NCBI GenBank assembly: GCA_951406725.2
Contig: OX597814.1
Location: 215,202,001 to 215,266,000, forward strand
From: Octopus vulgaris
Taxonomy: Eukaryota
Direction: 5' to 3'
Length of the DNA stretch: 64,000 bases
Shown piece by piece: positions 26,054 through 39,970 of this stretch (positions within the stretch are counted from its first letter, which is position 1; every line of letters begins with the position of its first letter). The notes below the pieces were generated by a model. That model saw only the letters and a program-made list of their open reading frames with translations, made no database searches and was not told the origin of the DNA. The position numbers and the translations under genes are program-made.

Positions 26054-26142
26054 TTTCGGCTGACGAGTACGAGCCATCTGTATTCACTGCATTTTTTTGT
26101 AGCTTATTAAAGATGTCCTCGTACGAAACGATCGTACCGAGA
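26054..26142 (+). ncRNA. Type I hammerhead ribozyme in the PLE pseudo-LTR
   Basis: Stem I TTTCGG/CCGAGA; core CTGACGA (26060-66); stem II GTACGAG/CTCGTAC (extended by CATCT/AGATG); GAAA (26125-28); palindromic stem III ACGATCGT; cleavage triplet GUA (26134-36). Confidence 0.85.
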
Positions 26143-26319
26143 TTTTAATCCATTCTTGTTGCTTTTTTCCTATTTGTAATCACCCCACTTGTCGTATAGT
26201 TAACACCATATAGATTTCCGGTGCATCCTAGTTAAGGACCATATTCATGTGAATTCTTTAGAATTCACTTGAATCTCAATTACTTAACCGTATATATATA
26301 TATAAAATATATATTCCTT

Positions 26320-26860
26320 CCAACGATTTATGCACCGCTTCCTTCACATCTTCATCCGTACGAAATCGATGACCTCGGAAACCATCTTTGAGCGGTTCAA
26401 AGATATGATAGTCGGAAGGGGCGCGATCTTGGCTGTAGACAGGGCGTTCCAGCACCTCAAAACCCATTTGTTTAATGTTTTCAACGGTCTTGGCTGCCGT
26501 GTGTGGGCATGCATTGTGATACAACAAAACTTTCTTCAGCAATTGGCTTCGGTGTTTGATGCGAATTGCTGGCTTCAGTTTCTTGGCCAGCAAAGCACTG
26601 TATCTTGCATTGTTGATCGTACACACCTTTTCCAGAGAAATCGGATCACAGCTCTTTGTTTTTAGTTACTGCATATTGCTAGTGGAGCGGTTATGCTTAC
26701 ACTGTAAAGCCAGAAAGAAAAATGGCGCGATCAGGTTCAAACTTCGATTACGTGACTACGATAGTACTAACTATAAGCAAGCATGCGCAGAAGGCAGTGT
26801 AACAATAATAAAGATATGTTATGGCGAAAGTAGTGCTAATTTTTAACGTCCCACATGTAT
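26320..26860 (-). pseudogene. Internally deleted mariner (Tc1/mariner) element, transposase C-terminal fragment
   Basis: LLYHNACPH (HDNARPH-like), PVYSQDRAPSDYHIF (YSPDLAPSDY-like), GHRFRTDEDVKEAV. A second mariner-like end TACGAGGGTGTGCTGAAAA is at ~26994. Confidence 0.85.
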
Positions 26861-26877
26861 ATATATATATGTCTATG

Positions 26878-26917
<40 letters not shown>

Positions 26918-26944
26918 TACATATATACATACACACACACACAA

Positions 26945-26996
<52 letters not shown>

Positions 26997-27223
26997 CGAG
27001 GGTGTGCTGAAAATTTCCTGGTGTGAAGGGCGAAGGGCGTGATTAGAGGCCCAACTTTCGAGTTCTTTTACAGGGTTTAGAAAAACTGAAGGACCACTTT
27101 TTAGTAGAGTACCTATTTATTCATCTTCTCAATGGGAAAAAAAAAGTAACAATGATTCGAAACTGATTAGCTTACTGTCGTCATATTAAACTTCGAAGTC
27201 ACTGTCAAGATTTTCCTTGAGAA

Positions 27224-27261
<38 letters not shown>

Positions 27262-27766
27262 TATATTATGTATGTTTGGACATACACATGCACACACATA
27301 CATACATATATTACATGTGCGTGTTTTGTTTATAATGTCACACTGTTTTAGAACACGTCTATTGATTTTAGCCAACATTGTACGTAACAGACATCGGTAA
27401 ATATTTTGGCTAGATCTTCGTCGACGGTAAAAGGAGAAGCTTTTAAACTGACTAGGGAGAAAGTACTTATAATTCCACTGTTACTAAAGCTTTGTGTAAA
27501 TCGGATAATTCGGAATGACAAAGAAACAAAGAACTGTTAACATACCAATAGCACTACAAAAACGATTAAAAAAATAACGTATTATATAAAGGTTTTTCAA
27601 CCATTTTTATAAGTCTTTTTCAATCATTTTTTTTTACGTATAGCCTCCTTTGATTCTTATTTTAGTCGGATGGACTATCATGGCCATTCGATGTTTAAAA
27701 ACCAATAAATGTTTCTATAATTAAATATTTCTAGGAATTGTATTAAAAAATTGTTAAAATATTTTT

Positions 27767-28026
27767 AGGCGTAGGACCAACCACATGTGGCTGTGTGCAC
27801 CTTGTGCAAGTAGCTTGTTTACCAACCACTTTGTGAGTGGTTCCGGAAGTTCAGTCCACTGACGTGCTGGAGCACCGCCTTTAGAGTGGTGAAAGAGTAC
27901 AAGTGTCTTCTACTATAGCCTCGGGCTGACCAAAGCTTTGTGAGTGGATTTCGTAGACGGAAACTGAAAGAAGCCCGTCGTGGGAATCGAAACCGTATAT
28001 ATATATATATATATATATATTGCGCC

Positions 28027-28057
<31 letters not shown>

Positions 28058-28270
28058 ATATATGTTTGTGTGTCTGTGTTTGTCCTCCAACAAACCGATG
28101 CTGTTGTGTTTACGTCGCCGTAACTTAGCGGTTCGGCAAAAGAGACCGATACAATAAGGCTTACACTAGGCTTACAAAGAGTAAGTCCTGGGGTCGATTT
28201 GTTCAAATAAAGGCGGTGCTCCAGCATGGCCACAGTCACATGAATGAAACAAGTAAAAGAGTAAAGAGTA
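27767..28270 (+). mobile_element. SINE family A with a scrambled 5' part
   Basis: Body and tail match family A; the head is a mosaic of short SINE pieces. Confidence 0.75.
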
Positions 28271-29054
28271 TCTATTATAGAAGTGTAATCAGTTTATTGC
28301 AGGTAAATTTTAACAACAAAATCTTATATTGACCTCCCTAGAGTCAAATGGACCCCGATTGAGAACTACTGAATTGAACCATTAATCATAACAGGTCTCA
28401 ATAATAAACGGTAGCTCAACGATTAGTTTAATAGAATACTCGGTTTCTTATGAAATCGTATCATAAAATGGAAACTATCGCAACTCATCCTTCATTTCTT
28501 CCTCGACAATATGGCACTAGTATATATAAAGACAAGGTGTATACAACTGTCTATTATATAGATAATGTTGCATAAGATCTATAGATACATTCTTGTAGCC
28601 CGGTATAGTATAACAGAACACCCATTCACGCGTGCACAAAATCACACACGTACGCACACACACATACACACATGTATACACACAAAGAAATTATACGAAC
28701 GATTTAACTATTCATATGTATTGTATGCTTTTTGCGATTGAATTTCATTGCCAGTTTAATTTCCGTATCAAAAAAGGAATGGAAGATCAATTAACAGATG
28801 GTATCATATAAACTCGATATTTGAATCACTCACTCACTCACTCTCTCTCTCTCTCCCTCTTTCTCTCTCTTTCTCTTTCTTTCTCTCTACTACATACCTG
28901 CATACTCACACACAGTCACACACGAACCCACATATATATATATACACATAAACATATATACATAGACACACGCATATATACACACACATACACGCACACT
29001 CATACACAAACTGAAATATAAACCCACAATTAGAGCCACGTGGCCGCACATTGA

Positions 29055-29398
<344 letters not shown>

Positions 29399-29775
29399 TA
29401 GGCAAACAATTTTTCTTTTTTAATTTTTTCAAATTAAAAACATATTCCATTACAAATTAGATTTCAACTTCAATTTCAAATATCGCCAGTTAGCTATAAA
29501 TTGAATTCTTAGTTCAAATACAGATTCGTAATTAAGGAAGAAACTTCATTTGCTATCTCTGTCTAACTATTTCCACCTCACCGTTTCATTTTGCTTCTTT
29601 CTTTCTATCGTTTTTTTTCTTAATTTATGGTTTCTTTTCTATTCTTTGGTTTCTTTCCTTTTTTTCTTCCTTTGTATTTGATATTTTAAAAATTATTTCC
29701 TTAAATAAAAATATCCGAAATATTCATAATTAAATGATCATGCTCTCTGTATCTCTCACTTTCTTTGTTTCTTTG

Positions 29776-29818
<43 letters not shown>

Positions 29819-30283
29819 TTTTTTCTTTCTTTCTTTCTTTTTCTCTCACTCTTTCGTCTCTTTCTGTATTCTTTTAAGTTTTCTTCACCTGTTTCAGTCT
29901 TAAAACGTCGACTACTAACAACACTTACAGATTTATGCTCCGAGCATATCCCTTCATCTGGCTCTAAACAAGTAATAAGCGTAGTTCATTTTAAAAGATC
30001 TTTCTCGCTATATTTATCACCTTTTGATGTCTCAGGTGCAAAACTTTACTATGTTGCCAGAGATATCATTAAAATCTCCTTCAAACCAAACCCCACTGTC
30101 TTAAATAAGGCAAGCTCATGTGTAATCTAGTTTTACTCACATCTAAAGAGACGCTATACTCACAGCTGAGATGCTTTGCTTGATCTGGACTGATCTGGGG
30201 CTAAATATCAATAATACATTGCTTACGTACTAGGTGTCTGTTGCTGTTCATTTTATTCTTTCTTGCTCCTATCACTGGAATAG

Positions 30284-30583
30284 TTTCTTTTTCCTTTTCG
30301 AGCCACGCCTGGCTCATAAGGCCGGTTTCCCGGTTTCCTTGGTGTATAGGTTCCCCACCTGGACGGCCGCCGGTCTGTCGCAGGTGAGCTGCAAGATGCA
30401 GGAGGAAAGAGTGAGAGAAAGTTGTGGCGAAAGAGTCAGCAGAAGTTCGCCATTACCTTCTGCCGGAGCCGCGTGGAGCTTAGGTGTTTCGCTCATAAAC
30501 ACACACTGCCCGGTCTGAGATTCGAACCCACGATCCCTCGACCGCAAGTCCGCTGCTCTAACCACTAGGCTATGTGCCTCCAC
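30284..30583 (-). mobile_element. tRNA-derived SINE, family C2 (same head as C1, different body and tail)
   Basis: Minus strand GTGGAGGCACATAGCCTAGTGGTTAGAGCAGCGGAC...GGTTCGAATC. TSD TATCACTGGAATAG at 30270-30283 and 30584-30597. Confidence 0.9.
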
Positions 30584-31065
30584 TATCACTGGAATAGAAC
30601 AGAGGGTTACATAATCACAATCCACCTTCCGAAGCTTAATAGGAATTTCCTAGGAGAGTCGCTCTATAAACCCATTGTTCCATGGTTATTCTGTCTCTGC
30701 TTAGTAAATAACCACACGGCTCAGTCAAGCATGAAGTGTTTCATTGTGATCATTGCTGTGTGACAGTGAAGCATTCTTCATTTCCTCCAATGCCAGTTTC
30801 GCGCAGTAGAGATTAATAAACGGCACACTGTTAGGGCACAAGAGTTGCTGCTCCGTTGGGAGGATCAGAGCTACCTACATCAATCAACTGTGCCAACAAC
30901 ATGCCTAAATTTCCTTTATTTTAAGTGCAAAGGGTTATAAACTGTAATCTGCATGGGCCTTAGAATGGTGCAAACTGCGCTATTATCTTTAGAATTTGTG
31001 GTTCTTGATATGGAGAGACTGATGTCGCCACAACCGGCGTAATTCATGATAGATGAAATTTATTG

Positions 31066-31428
31066 TGGAGGCGCAATGGCCCAGTGGTTAGGACAACGAA
31101 TTCGCGGTCGTAAGAGCACGGTTTCGATTCCTAGCCCGGTAATTGTGAGTGTTTATTGAGCAAAAACACCTAAATTCCACGATGCTCCAGAGAAATGGCG
31201 GCGAGCTGGAGGAAACGTTAGCACGGCGAGCGAAATGCGTAGCCATATTTCGTCTGCCGTTACGTTCTGAGTTCAAATTCCGCCGAGGTCGACTTTGCCT
31301 TTCATCCTTTCGGGGTCGAAAAATTAAGTACCAGTTACGCACTGGGGTCGATATAATCGACTTAATCCCTTTGTCTGTCCTTGTTTGTCTCTTCTGTGTT
31401 TAACCCCTTGTGGGTAGTAAAGAAATAG
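31066..31428 (+). mobile_element. Dimeric SINE: family C head joined to a complete family B SINE
   Basis: Family C head 31066-31190, family B from 31197; one pair of direct repeats GATAGAT(G/C)AAATTTATTGT at 31048-31066 and 31428-31446. Confidence 0.8.
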
Positions 31429-32699
31429 ATAGATCAAATTTATTGTTTGTACTCCAATATTATTTGTTTTGAGTTAATCAAAATGTGGAGCTTACGTTTG
31501 TGCATAGGTTTACTTTCTTTACTGTGTTCTCTAATAGTGTTAGGAATATTTAAGTAATTTCTAGTACTTTGACAGCTTTCGTGTGTATAATGCTTCTGTG
31601 TTGAAATCGATGATTCGTCATATTTAATATTCCTTGGTGTTGCCGCTGCGAAGGGAGATGACTGCTGTCATTTAGTCCAGGACATCCTCGATCGAGACGA
31701 AATATATTCCAGCCTTGACTATGTTTGATCTTTAGAGGTATGCAGGACAATCTTGTCCAAGATTTCGTTGTCCTATTTACGAAAGTAGAGTGTGATCTGA
31801 GGTAGAATTAGCTGCTATTTCTATTGTTGGCTCGTACTACTACTATGGTTGTTCCTACTTTAGCGTTGTTTCCCATGCTGTCTTGCCAATGTTGATGCCA
31901 TTGGCATTTATTACTCATTTTATTTTCCAGTACTGCTACAGCCTCAACTTTGTATTTGATATCTTTATTCTCGCTGCTAATAGCATTAAAATTTTCTGTT
32001 GTTGCCCATGTCGTATTTTGTTTTTGCTTTTATTATTGTCTTCTCGTGTACTAAATTGATAACAGTTTTCTCTTCTTTATTTATCTGCAAAATTAATGAC
32101 AAATATGGTAATAATGTGGCCAGAATATTTCAATTACAAAATATTCCCTTCATATGTAATAATGCATTGCTATTGTCTTCCTCACCATTTCCGATTTCCA
32201 ATTTGTTATTGAGATGTTCGTAAAAATCAATTTTGATATGTTCTTACAATGTAACAAAATTGCACCTGAATCCATAGTTCAGATTCCTACAATATATTGA
32301 AGTTAACTGTGGGAATGTTGGAGCCAAAGTCACAGGCGGCGAACTTTAAGGTACCAAAAGCTAAAAATATGGACAGAAAATAAGGTATAAACTATGTATA
32401 AGTGAATTCACTGAACTAACCGATAAAAAATTAAGTAAATATTATAAATTAATATAACTTTTAAAACTATCCTCACCGAAGATTAAGCACAAAAGTTTTG
32501 AAACTCAGTTTGGTTGAATCCTAACGAAAGTAATATAATGATCCCTAATTCATCAGCAACTCAGGGACACTGAAATATTAAGGAGCAAATATGGAAAGAT
32601 ATCGCTGTTAAAGATTTCAGGAAAATTTGGCAAATGGAAATCACCTAGAAAAACAGAATCCCTAATTTTTGGTTCAATGCTCTACCTGAATCCCATGCG

Positions 32700-33900
32700 A
32701 GTTAGACTCCCAGGTTGGAATATGGAGCAGCTTATTCCCTAAAAATGATGAGACGTAACCCACAAAGCTATCAATCAATAACATGCTTTACAACTGTATA
32801 GAAATACTAACATCCTTAATTTCTGAATACACATACAGTAACGTCAGAAATTAATTAGCACCCTTGATTTGCTCTTCACTCAAGGTATGTGCTGTCACTT
32901 AGTGACCATATCTCGAACTATTGCTTTGTTGCGAGTTCACTGTTGCGCAGAACGATGACGTAACTTTGTTTGCAGAGCAGTTTGAGAGTCTACAGCCTTA
33001 TGATGTTGACATAGCAGTGCAACAACAACTTTGTTTAATAGATATAGGTAGCGCCTCGCAAGGACCGAAATCACACCATACTAAGTTTTCTCATCGCGTA
33101 AGACGTTTTGAAGAGCTCATAGGTTAATTGATTCAACCTATTTAATGTAGAAATTTGAGAAGTGCTAATTAATTTCTGACGCAAGTGTATACCTTCCTGG
33201 GGGATAACAAAATATTTCCTAACGAACAAAAAAGGCTGTAAATGTCTAAAATCATCTTAGAAGTTTGCCATAAACAACACAAAAATCTTTTTATAGCACG
33301 GATTGATTACAAAAAAGTGTTTGATAGCCTCCCCCACAACTGGATTGAGACATGCAGAGAAATCAATAAATGCTCTCTGGTTATTGGTAATTTTCTATTA
33401 AATAGTTTAAAGTTCTGGATGACAACTGAAATAGTAAATTCAGAAGCAGTTAGAATGAATGCTGGTGACATTGATATAAATTGCGGCCCTTTTCAAAGGT
33501 AACTCCCTGCCATTAATTCTTTTTTGCATACCTGTCATTCCTCCAAGTTGTTAAATGGCACATAGGATAGATACAGAATATACGACAGATTAATCAGTCT
33601 CATCTTTTACTAGGACCATCTAAACCTTTTTCTGAAAGGGGACCAACAATTGGAACGGTTTTTAGCAACAGCTTTGTGATAATATTGAAGTGGAGTTTGT
33701 GCTAAAACCTTACTCTTTTATGGAAAACTCTTGAAAACTTACATCATATAGCTAGACTTGACAATTATAATTAAGGAATTAAAAACTGAAGAAAGCTTCA
33801 AATATTCATGTTTGCGTGTAGGGTGTGGCATTCAGCGCGCACAAATACGCTAAAAAATACAGAAAGAAGACTGCCGTAGAGTTAGAGCTATCCTAAAAGG
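32700..33900 (+). pseudogene. Decayed R4/Dong-like (RLE-type) non-LTR reverse transcriptase
   Basis: NPQSYQSITCFTT (NYRPITCL-like), IFPNEQK, IARIDYKKVFDSLPHNWI, GPFQ (G.FQGD-like); interrupted by a MITE. Confidence 0.75.
32836..33187. mobile_element. Tc1/mariner-type MITE inserted in the RT
   Basis: TIRs CAGTAACGTCAGAAATTAATTAGCAC and GTGCTAATTAATTTCTGACGCAAGTG; TA at 32834-35 and 33188-89. Removing it rejoins the RT frame (SEYTYTFLGDNKIFPNEQK). Confidence 0.85.
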
Positions 33901-35329
33901 CAAACTTAGGGCTCAGTTTGTTCTTATTCTATTAACTCCGATAGGATGAAAGGCAAAGCTGGCCTTGGTGGCATTTGAGTTCATAACTTTAAGAACCTGA
34001 ATAAATGCCAATAAACCTTTTGTCCAGTACACTAACGATTCTGCCAGCAATAATGTATGGTATTAGTAAATTACCAGAATGGTGTTTTCTGACTATGATA
34101 GTGAGGAGTGAGGCGGAGAACCGTTATCATGCCAGGCAAAAAGCTTGGCGGCATTTCGTTCGTCTTTATGTTCTGAGTTCAAATTTCGCTGATGTCGGCT
34201 TAACCATCCATTCTTTTGGGATCGATAAAATAAGTATCAGTTGAACACTGGGGTCAATGTAATCGACTTAATACTGCCCGAACTTGCTGGCCTTGCGCCA
34301 AAATTTGAAACCAATATCAGTGAGGACTAAGGGACCGTCAATAGTTTACAGACATCTTGCACTGTACGATAGTCGCTTCATCAAATGTCGACTGGGGATG
34401 AGAACGATATCAATAACTTCCAATTGTATCGCTTCCGCTGGCAGTGTTTGGCAAAACTAATGTTACCAAGGAATATATTATTTTTTGTCCACATGGTATT
34501 CTGGCTTAGTGCTATGTTTATTTGTGCTTATATCTGATAAGAGAGGATTGTGCTTATACCTGATAGGAAAGGAATGAAACATGAAAATTCTATTGAAATA
34601 TTTCTTTTCTGGTGGAAATTAGTTTTACAAATTTCTCCTTTTGTTTTCATCTGAACAACCGTCTTCCATTTATTCAAAATATGCTTAACGCAGATTTTTA
34701 GAAAAAAGGGCTACAGAGTGAGTCAAAAGAATCTGAGCATTCCTTGGAAGCATATGTTCTGATCAACACTGCTAGAGAACATATCACTAAAACACATCCC
34801 TTCACAAGCAGAATCGTATTATAGACGACGAGGATCAGTCTGATGACTTACGCTGGCAGAATTGCCTTTGCTTGACTCACTCTCGGCTAATGAACTGGTG
34901 TTTATTTTGTGTGTACAGGAATTAATAGTTTACAACATTTGCATTAAAGACATCTCATGTAGGTACAAGGTTATGAATATGAAAAAGAGGGATGCATTTG
35001 CAGTTGCTAGTGTTATTTACGAGTAAGATTGATTACTAGGCTTACAAAGAATAAGTTCTGGGGTCGATTTGTTCGACTAAAGGCGGTGCTCCAGCATGAT
35101 CGCAGCCAAGTAGCTGAAACAAATAAAAGAATAAAAGAAAAGAAAGAACACACACACACAAACACACACAAACATAAATGTCGAACAACGAGAATGCTGT
35201 GTTGAGCACTCATTGTTTTCATCCAAAGTAGAGACGAACACCATTCTTCTATGTGATCAGCATGAAAAATTAAGATATTGAGATATTTTTCCTATGAAAC
35301 CAATAGCAGCCTTAATACACACACAAATA

Positions 35330-35935
35330 TATGTGTGTGTATGTGTGTGTGTTTGTGTATAATCGTATGTATATCTTCGTGTTTGATTTGTTCATGTTTT
35401 GATTTGTTTATGTCGCTGTAGTATAGCGATTCATCAAAAGAGAACGATAGAATAAGTACTACATTTCAAAAATAAATTCTTGGGGTCGATGTATTCGAAG
35501 TAGCGCCCAACATGGCCGCAGTCCAATGACTGAACGAAGTGGCTGTGTGGTAAGTAGCTTGTTTACCAACCACATGGTTCTGGGTTCAGTCCCACTGCGT
35601 GGCACCTTGGGCAAGTATCTTCTACTATAGCCTCGGGCCGACCAAAGCCTTGTGAGTGGATTTGGTAGACGGAAACTGAAAGAAGCGCGTCGTATATATG
35701 TATATATATGTATATGCATGTGTATATGTTTGTGTGTCCGTGTTTGTCCCCCCAACATCGCTTGACAACCGATGGTGGTGTGTTTACGTCCCCGTAACTT
35801 AGCGGTTCGGCAAAAGGGACAGATAGAATAAGTACTGGGATTACAAAAGAATAAGTCCCGGGGTCGAGTTGCTCGACTAAAAAGTGGTGCTCAAGCATGG
35901 CCGCAGTCCAATGACTGAACGAAGTAAAAAATAAA
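35330..35935 (+). mobile_element. Tandem SINE family A copies (partial 35330-35535 plus near-full 35538-35935)
   Basis: Two family A tails; a further tail fragment lies at 35030-35140. Confidence 0.8.
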
Positions 35936-36317
35936 ATACATAAAAGTTACACTTTTACAGCAACAGTCTGAGACAGGTCAAGATTAACGAACCAATTCTA
36001 TTTAAAGAACGCACGCCTGATGTTCGTTCTCATTACTTGCTTTCTATTTTACATTCTCGGATTTAAATTATTTTCCATTTCAATTTTGATTTTCTGTTTT
36101 ATTTTTCAACTATTTCCTATTCTCAGCTATTTTTACATAAATGGGTTTTCTTTTTGTTTGTCGTTTTTTTAAAAAATTAACCCCTCGTTAAATTCTTGTT
36201 TGAAATAGTAATAGTTATCTTAATACATTTACGGATCCTGAAGAGAAGTTCGAAAATAGAATAACATGCTCGCACGCACAATGAAACATTGCACATACGC
36301 CTAAGACATACAGATCT

Positions 36318-36381
36318 ACATACACACATACATACATACACACATACATACATACATACATACATACATACATACATACAT

Positions 36382-36414
<33 letters not shown>

Positions 36415-37270
36415 TACATACATACATACCTACATACATACATACATACATACATACATACATACATACATACATACATACATACATACATACATACATA
36501 CATACATACATACATACATACATACATACATACATACATACATACACACATACATACACACACACATGCATACATACATACATATATACATACATACATA
36601 CATACATACATACATACATACATACATGCATACATACACACATACATACATACATACATACATACATACACACTTACATACACACACACATGCATACATA
36701 CATACATATATACATACATACATACATACATACATGCATACATACATACACACATACATACATACATACATACATACATACACACATACATACACACACA
36801 CATGCATACATACATACATATATACATACATACATACATACATACATACATACATACATACACACATACATACACACATACATACATACATATATACATA
36901 CATACATACATACATACATACATGCATACATACATACATGCATACATACATACATGCATGTATACATACATACATACATACATACATTCATGCATACATG
37001 CATACATGCATACATACATACATACACACATACATACATACATACATACACACACACACATACATACATACATACATTCATGCATACATACATACACACA
37101 CATACATACACACACACATACATACATACATACATACATACATGCATACACACACACACACATACATACATACATACATACATACATACACACATACATA
37201 CATACATACATACATACATACATACACTCACGTGTGCGTGTGTATACACACACATACTTGCACACATATA
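36318..37270. repeat. ~950 bp imperfect (TACA)n microsatellite
   Basis: Direct reading. Confidence 0.95.
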
Positions 37271-37409
37271 CATACATTACAATTGATTATTGATTCACAC
37301 TGTTGTAATTGGAATTAAACGATGAAATTACTGAGAAGAATATGTATTTTTTTTTCTCTAGTTTCAGCTCCGAGCTGCGGCCATGCTGGTGCACAGCCGT
37401 TTGTGCTAT

Positions 37410-37527
37410 GCTTACTGCCCCTAGGTTTCCCAAGCGGTCACCCATCCAAGTACTGACTAGGCTCGACGTTGCTTAACTTCGGTGATCAGACGAGAACCGG
37501 TGCTTTCAACGTGATATGGCCGTAAGC
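37410..37527 (-). pseudogene. 5S: Full-length 5S rRNA copy fused to a LINE 3' tail (37347-37409)
   Basis: Minus strand GCTTACGGCCATATCACGTTGAAAGCACCGGTTCTCGTCTGATCACCGAAGTTAAGCAACG...GTACTTGGATGGGTGACCGCTTGGGAA...GTAAGC (~118 nt, A and C boxes present). No T-run terminator; it continues into the LINE tail. Confidence 0.9.
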
Positions 37528-37579
37528 CATGTATATAGATGTATGTATATAGATATATATTTTCACACACACACACACG

Positions 37580-37633
<54 letters not shown>

Positions 37634-37728
37634 TAATAATTAATCCAAACAAGTAGCAATACAGATTTGAAATAAACAGAAATCGAAAATGTACAGAGAA
37701 TGCATGAAGATTTATTTAAATTTCAAGT

Positions 37729-37759
<31 letters not shown>

Positions 37760-37880
37760 ATTAGTTTCAGCTCAAGCCTGTGGCCATGCTGGGGCACCAC
37801 AGTTTTGCTACAGTGTTATTATTGAGAGCCTCCTCTGATATGTGGCATTTGGTGATTAAGGGAGTTTGATGTCGCTAACC
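37760..37880 (-). mobile_element. 5'-truncated LINE 3' end (same LINE as 60400-60796)
   Basis: Homologous to 60404-60525. Confidence 0.8.
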
Positions 37881-37899
37881 TTTTGTGTATATACTCTTG

Positions 37900-38304
37900 T
37901 GTAGGAGTGGCTGTGTGGTAAGTAGCTTGTTTACCGACCACATGGTTCCGGGTTCAGTCCCACTGCGTGGCACCTTGGGCATGTGTCTTCTACTCTAGCC
38001 TCGGGTCGACCAAAGTCTTGTGAGTGGATTTGGTTGACGGAAACTGAAAGAAGCCCGTTGTATATATGTATATATACATATGTGTGTATATGTTTGTGTG
38101 TCTGTTTTTCCCCCTAACATCGCTTGACAACCGATGCTGCTTTGTTTACGTCACCGTAACTTAGCGGTTCGGCAAAAGAAACCAATAGAATAAGTACTAG
38201 GCTTACAAAGAATAAGCTCTGGGGTCGATTTGCTCGACTAAAAGACGGTGCTCCACACCATAGCCGCAGTTAAATGACTGAAACAAGTAAAAGAGTAACA
38301 GAGT

Positions 38305-38305
<1 letters not shown>
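37900..38305 (+). mobile_element. SINE family A
   Basis: Family A head, body and tail. Confidence 0.9.
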
Positions 38306-38368
<63 letters not shown>

Positions 38369-39199
38369 GTATATATATCTGTTGTATAATAATTATTTTA
38401 AAGAGAAACGTATTTTGGGTGATTCATCACACTAAATAGAAACAAAACATTGCTTGTAGTTTACCTTCCTTTTTAATTAGTAATTAACTAATTATTTAAT
38501 TAATCGAACGTTGCCTGTATTTGCTGAGGATGCTGGGCCCGCAAGGTGGATGTTATCTACCTACAAGAATTGGATCTGGTTTATGATCCTTCGTTAGCAA
38601 ATCCAACACCAATATCTATATAGTATATGAATTATCCTACTTCTCAATTATCAGACGCCAACTAATCGAAATTTCTCCGGACGTCTTCATCAGTACGAAA
38701 GGCCATCTTAGCAAAATCAATGTCTGGAATTACTCGCGCAATATTATATGTTGCATAATAAGCAGTAAGTGTGTGGAATCTTGATATCGATTTATCGATA
38801 TTGTTTTTTGCTGCCAGGACGGTATGTTATTTCTCGATACTGATGCCAACGAGCTGAAACCTCCCCTGAAACACCTATGTGATAACGACTGATTAGTTAA
38901 AGATAATCTTAAAAGGTTTCACTAACCAGACGCCAAAGAGGAGTATTGAATACCAATCTTTCGATCGGAAAAATACCCCAATCAAGCATTTGAATAACCA
39001 ATGCATCCCAATTCAAGCGAACCACGGTCAGCTTTGAAATACGATTCCACATGTTTTTGTTGCCTTTATAATAAAAGAACACCGAAGTATTAATATTTGA
39101 ATTCAGTTGTAAGCTGCATATTGAGGAAATGGATAGGTCGATATCGCTAGAGAAGTGGCCAACCACATTATGATATGCTAAGATAGAAAACTGAAACGG

Positions 39200-39360
39200 T
39201 AGGCGCAGGAGTGGCTGTGTGGTAAGTAGCTTGCTAGCCAACCACATGGTTCCGGGTTCAGTCCCACTGTGTGGCATCTTGGGCAAGTGTCTTCTGCTAT
39301 AGCCCCGGGCCGACCAATGCCTTGTGAGTGGATTTCGTAAACTGAAAGAAGCCCGTCGTA

Positions 39361-39419
<59 letters not shown>

Positions 39420-39545
39420 TTGTTTGTCCCCCTAGCATTGCTTGACAACCGGGCTTACAAAATAAGTCCCGGGGTCGATTTGCTCGACTAAAGGCGGTGC
39501 TCCAGCAAATGACTGAAACAAGTAAAAGAGTAAAAGAGAGAGTAT
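39200..39545 (+). mobile_element. SINE family A, internally deleted
   Basis: Family A head and shortened tail. Confidence 0.85.
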
Positions 39546-39549
39546 AAAT

Positions 39550-39790
39550 TCCACAACTGTGCTCACATATTCTCGCTATGTAGATGACATAAACCTTGTG
39601 GCTAAGGCAACCCTAGAAGACAGTTACCAGGTATTTGAAGACAGCACTGCGGAAAACATCCAGCAAGGACACGGAGTATCAAGGGGGAAATTGACTGTGT
39701 ATCTAGGTTCCACAACAACGGACTTTTCGTTCTAATTACTGAAGTCTGGTTGGAAACTATGGACAACGAAAACAATACTTCTGTTCAAAT
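39550..39790 (+). pseudogene. Penelope-like RT fragment with the catalytic YVDD motif
   Basis: TVLTYSRYVDDINLVAKATL...ENIQQ parallels TMYSLFGGDIIIIAKASL...SIQQ of the 13966-14286 ORF. Confidence 0.75.
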
Positions 39791-39907
39791 TACGTTAAAC
39801 ATATCTTCACTATGTATGTATACATGTAAATATATATATATATAATAGAAATATTAAAATAACTAAGTCTCTCTAAAAGAGAACAGCGGCAGCGTTCCCG
39901 GAAAATA

Positions 39908-39970
39908 ATAGTTATCGCCATACTAATATGGCATTCTTATAAAAATAAGAATGCCATATTAGTATGGCGA

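Noticed and set aside
38500-38900. Possible L1/Tx1 endonuclease relic (KVDVIYLQE)
   Set aside because: Only one short motif; too degenerate to call.
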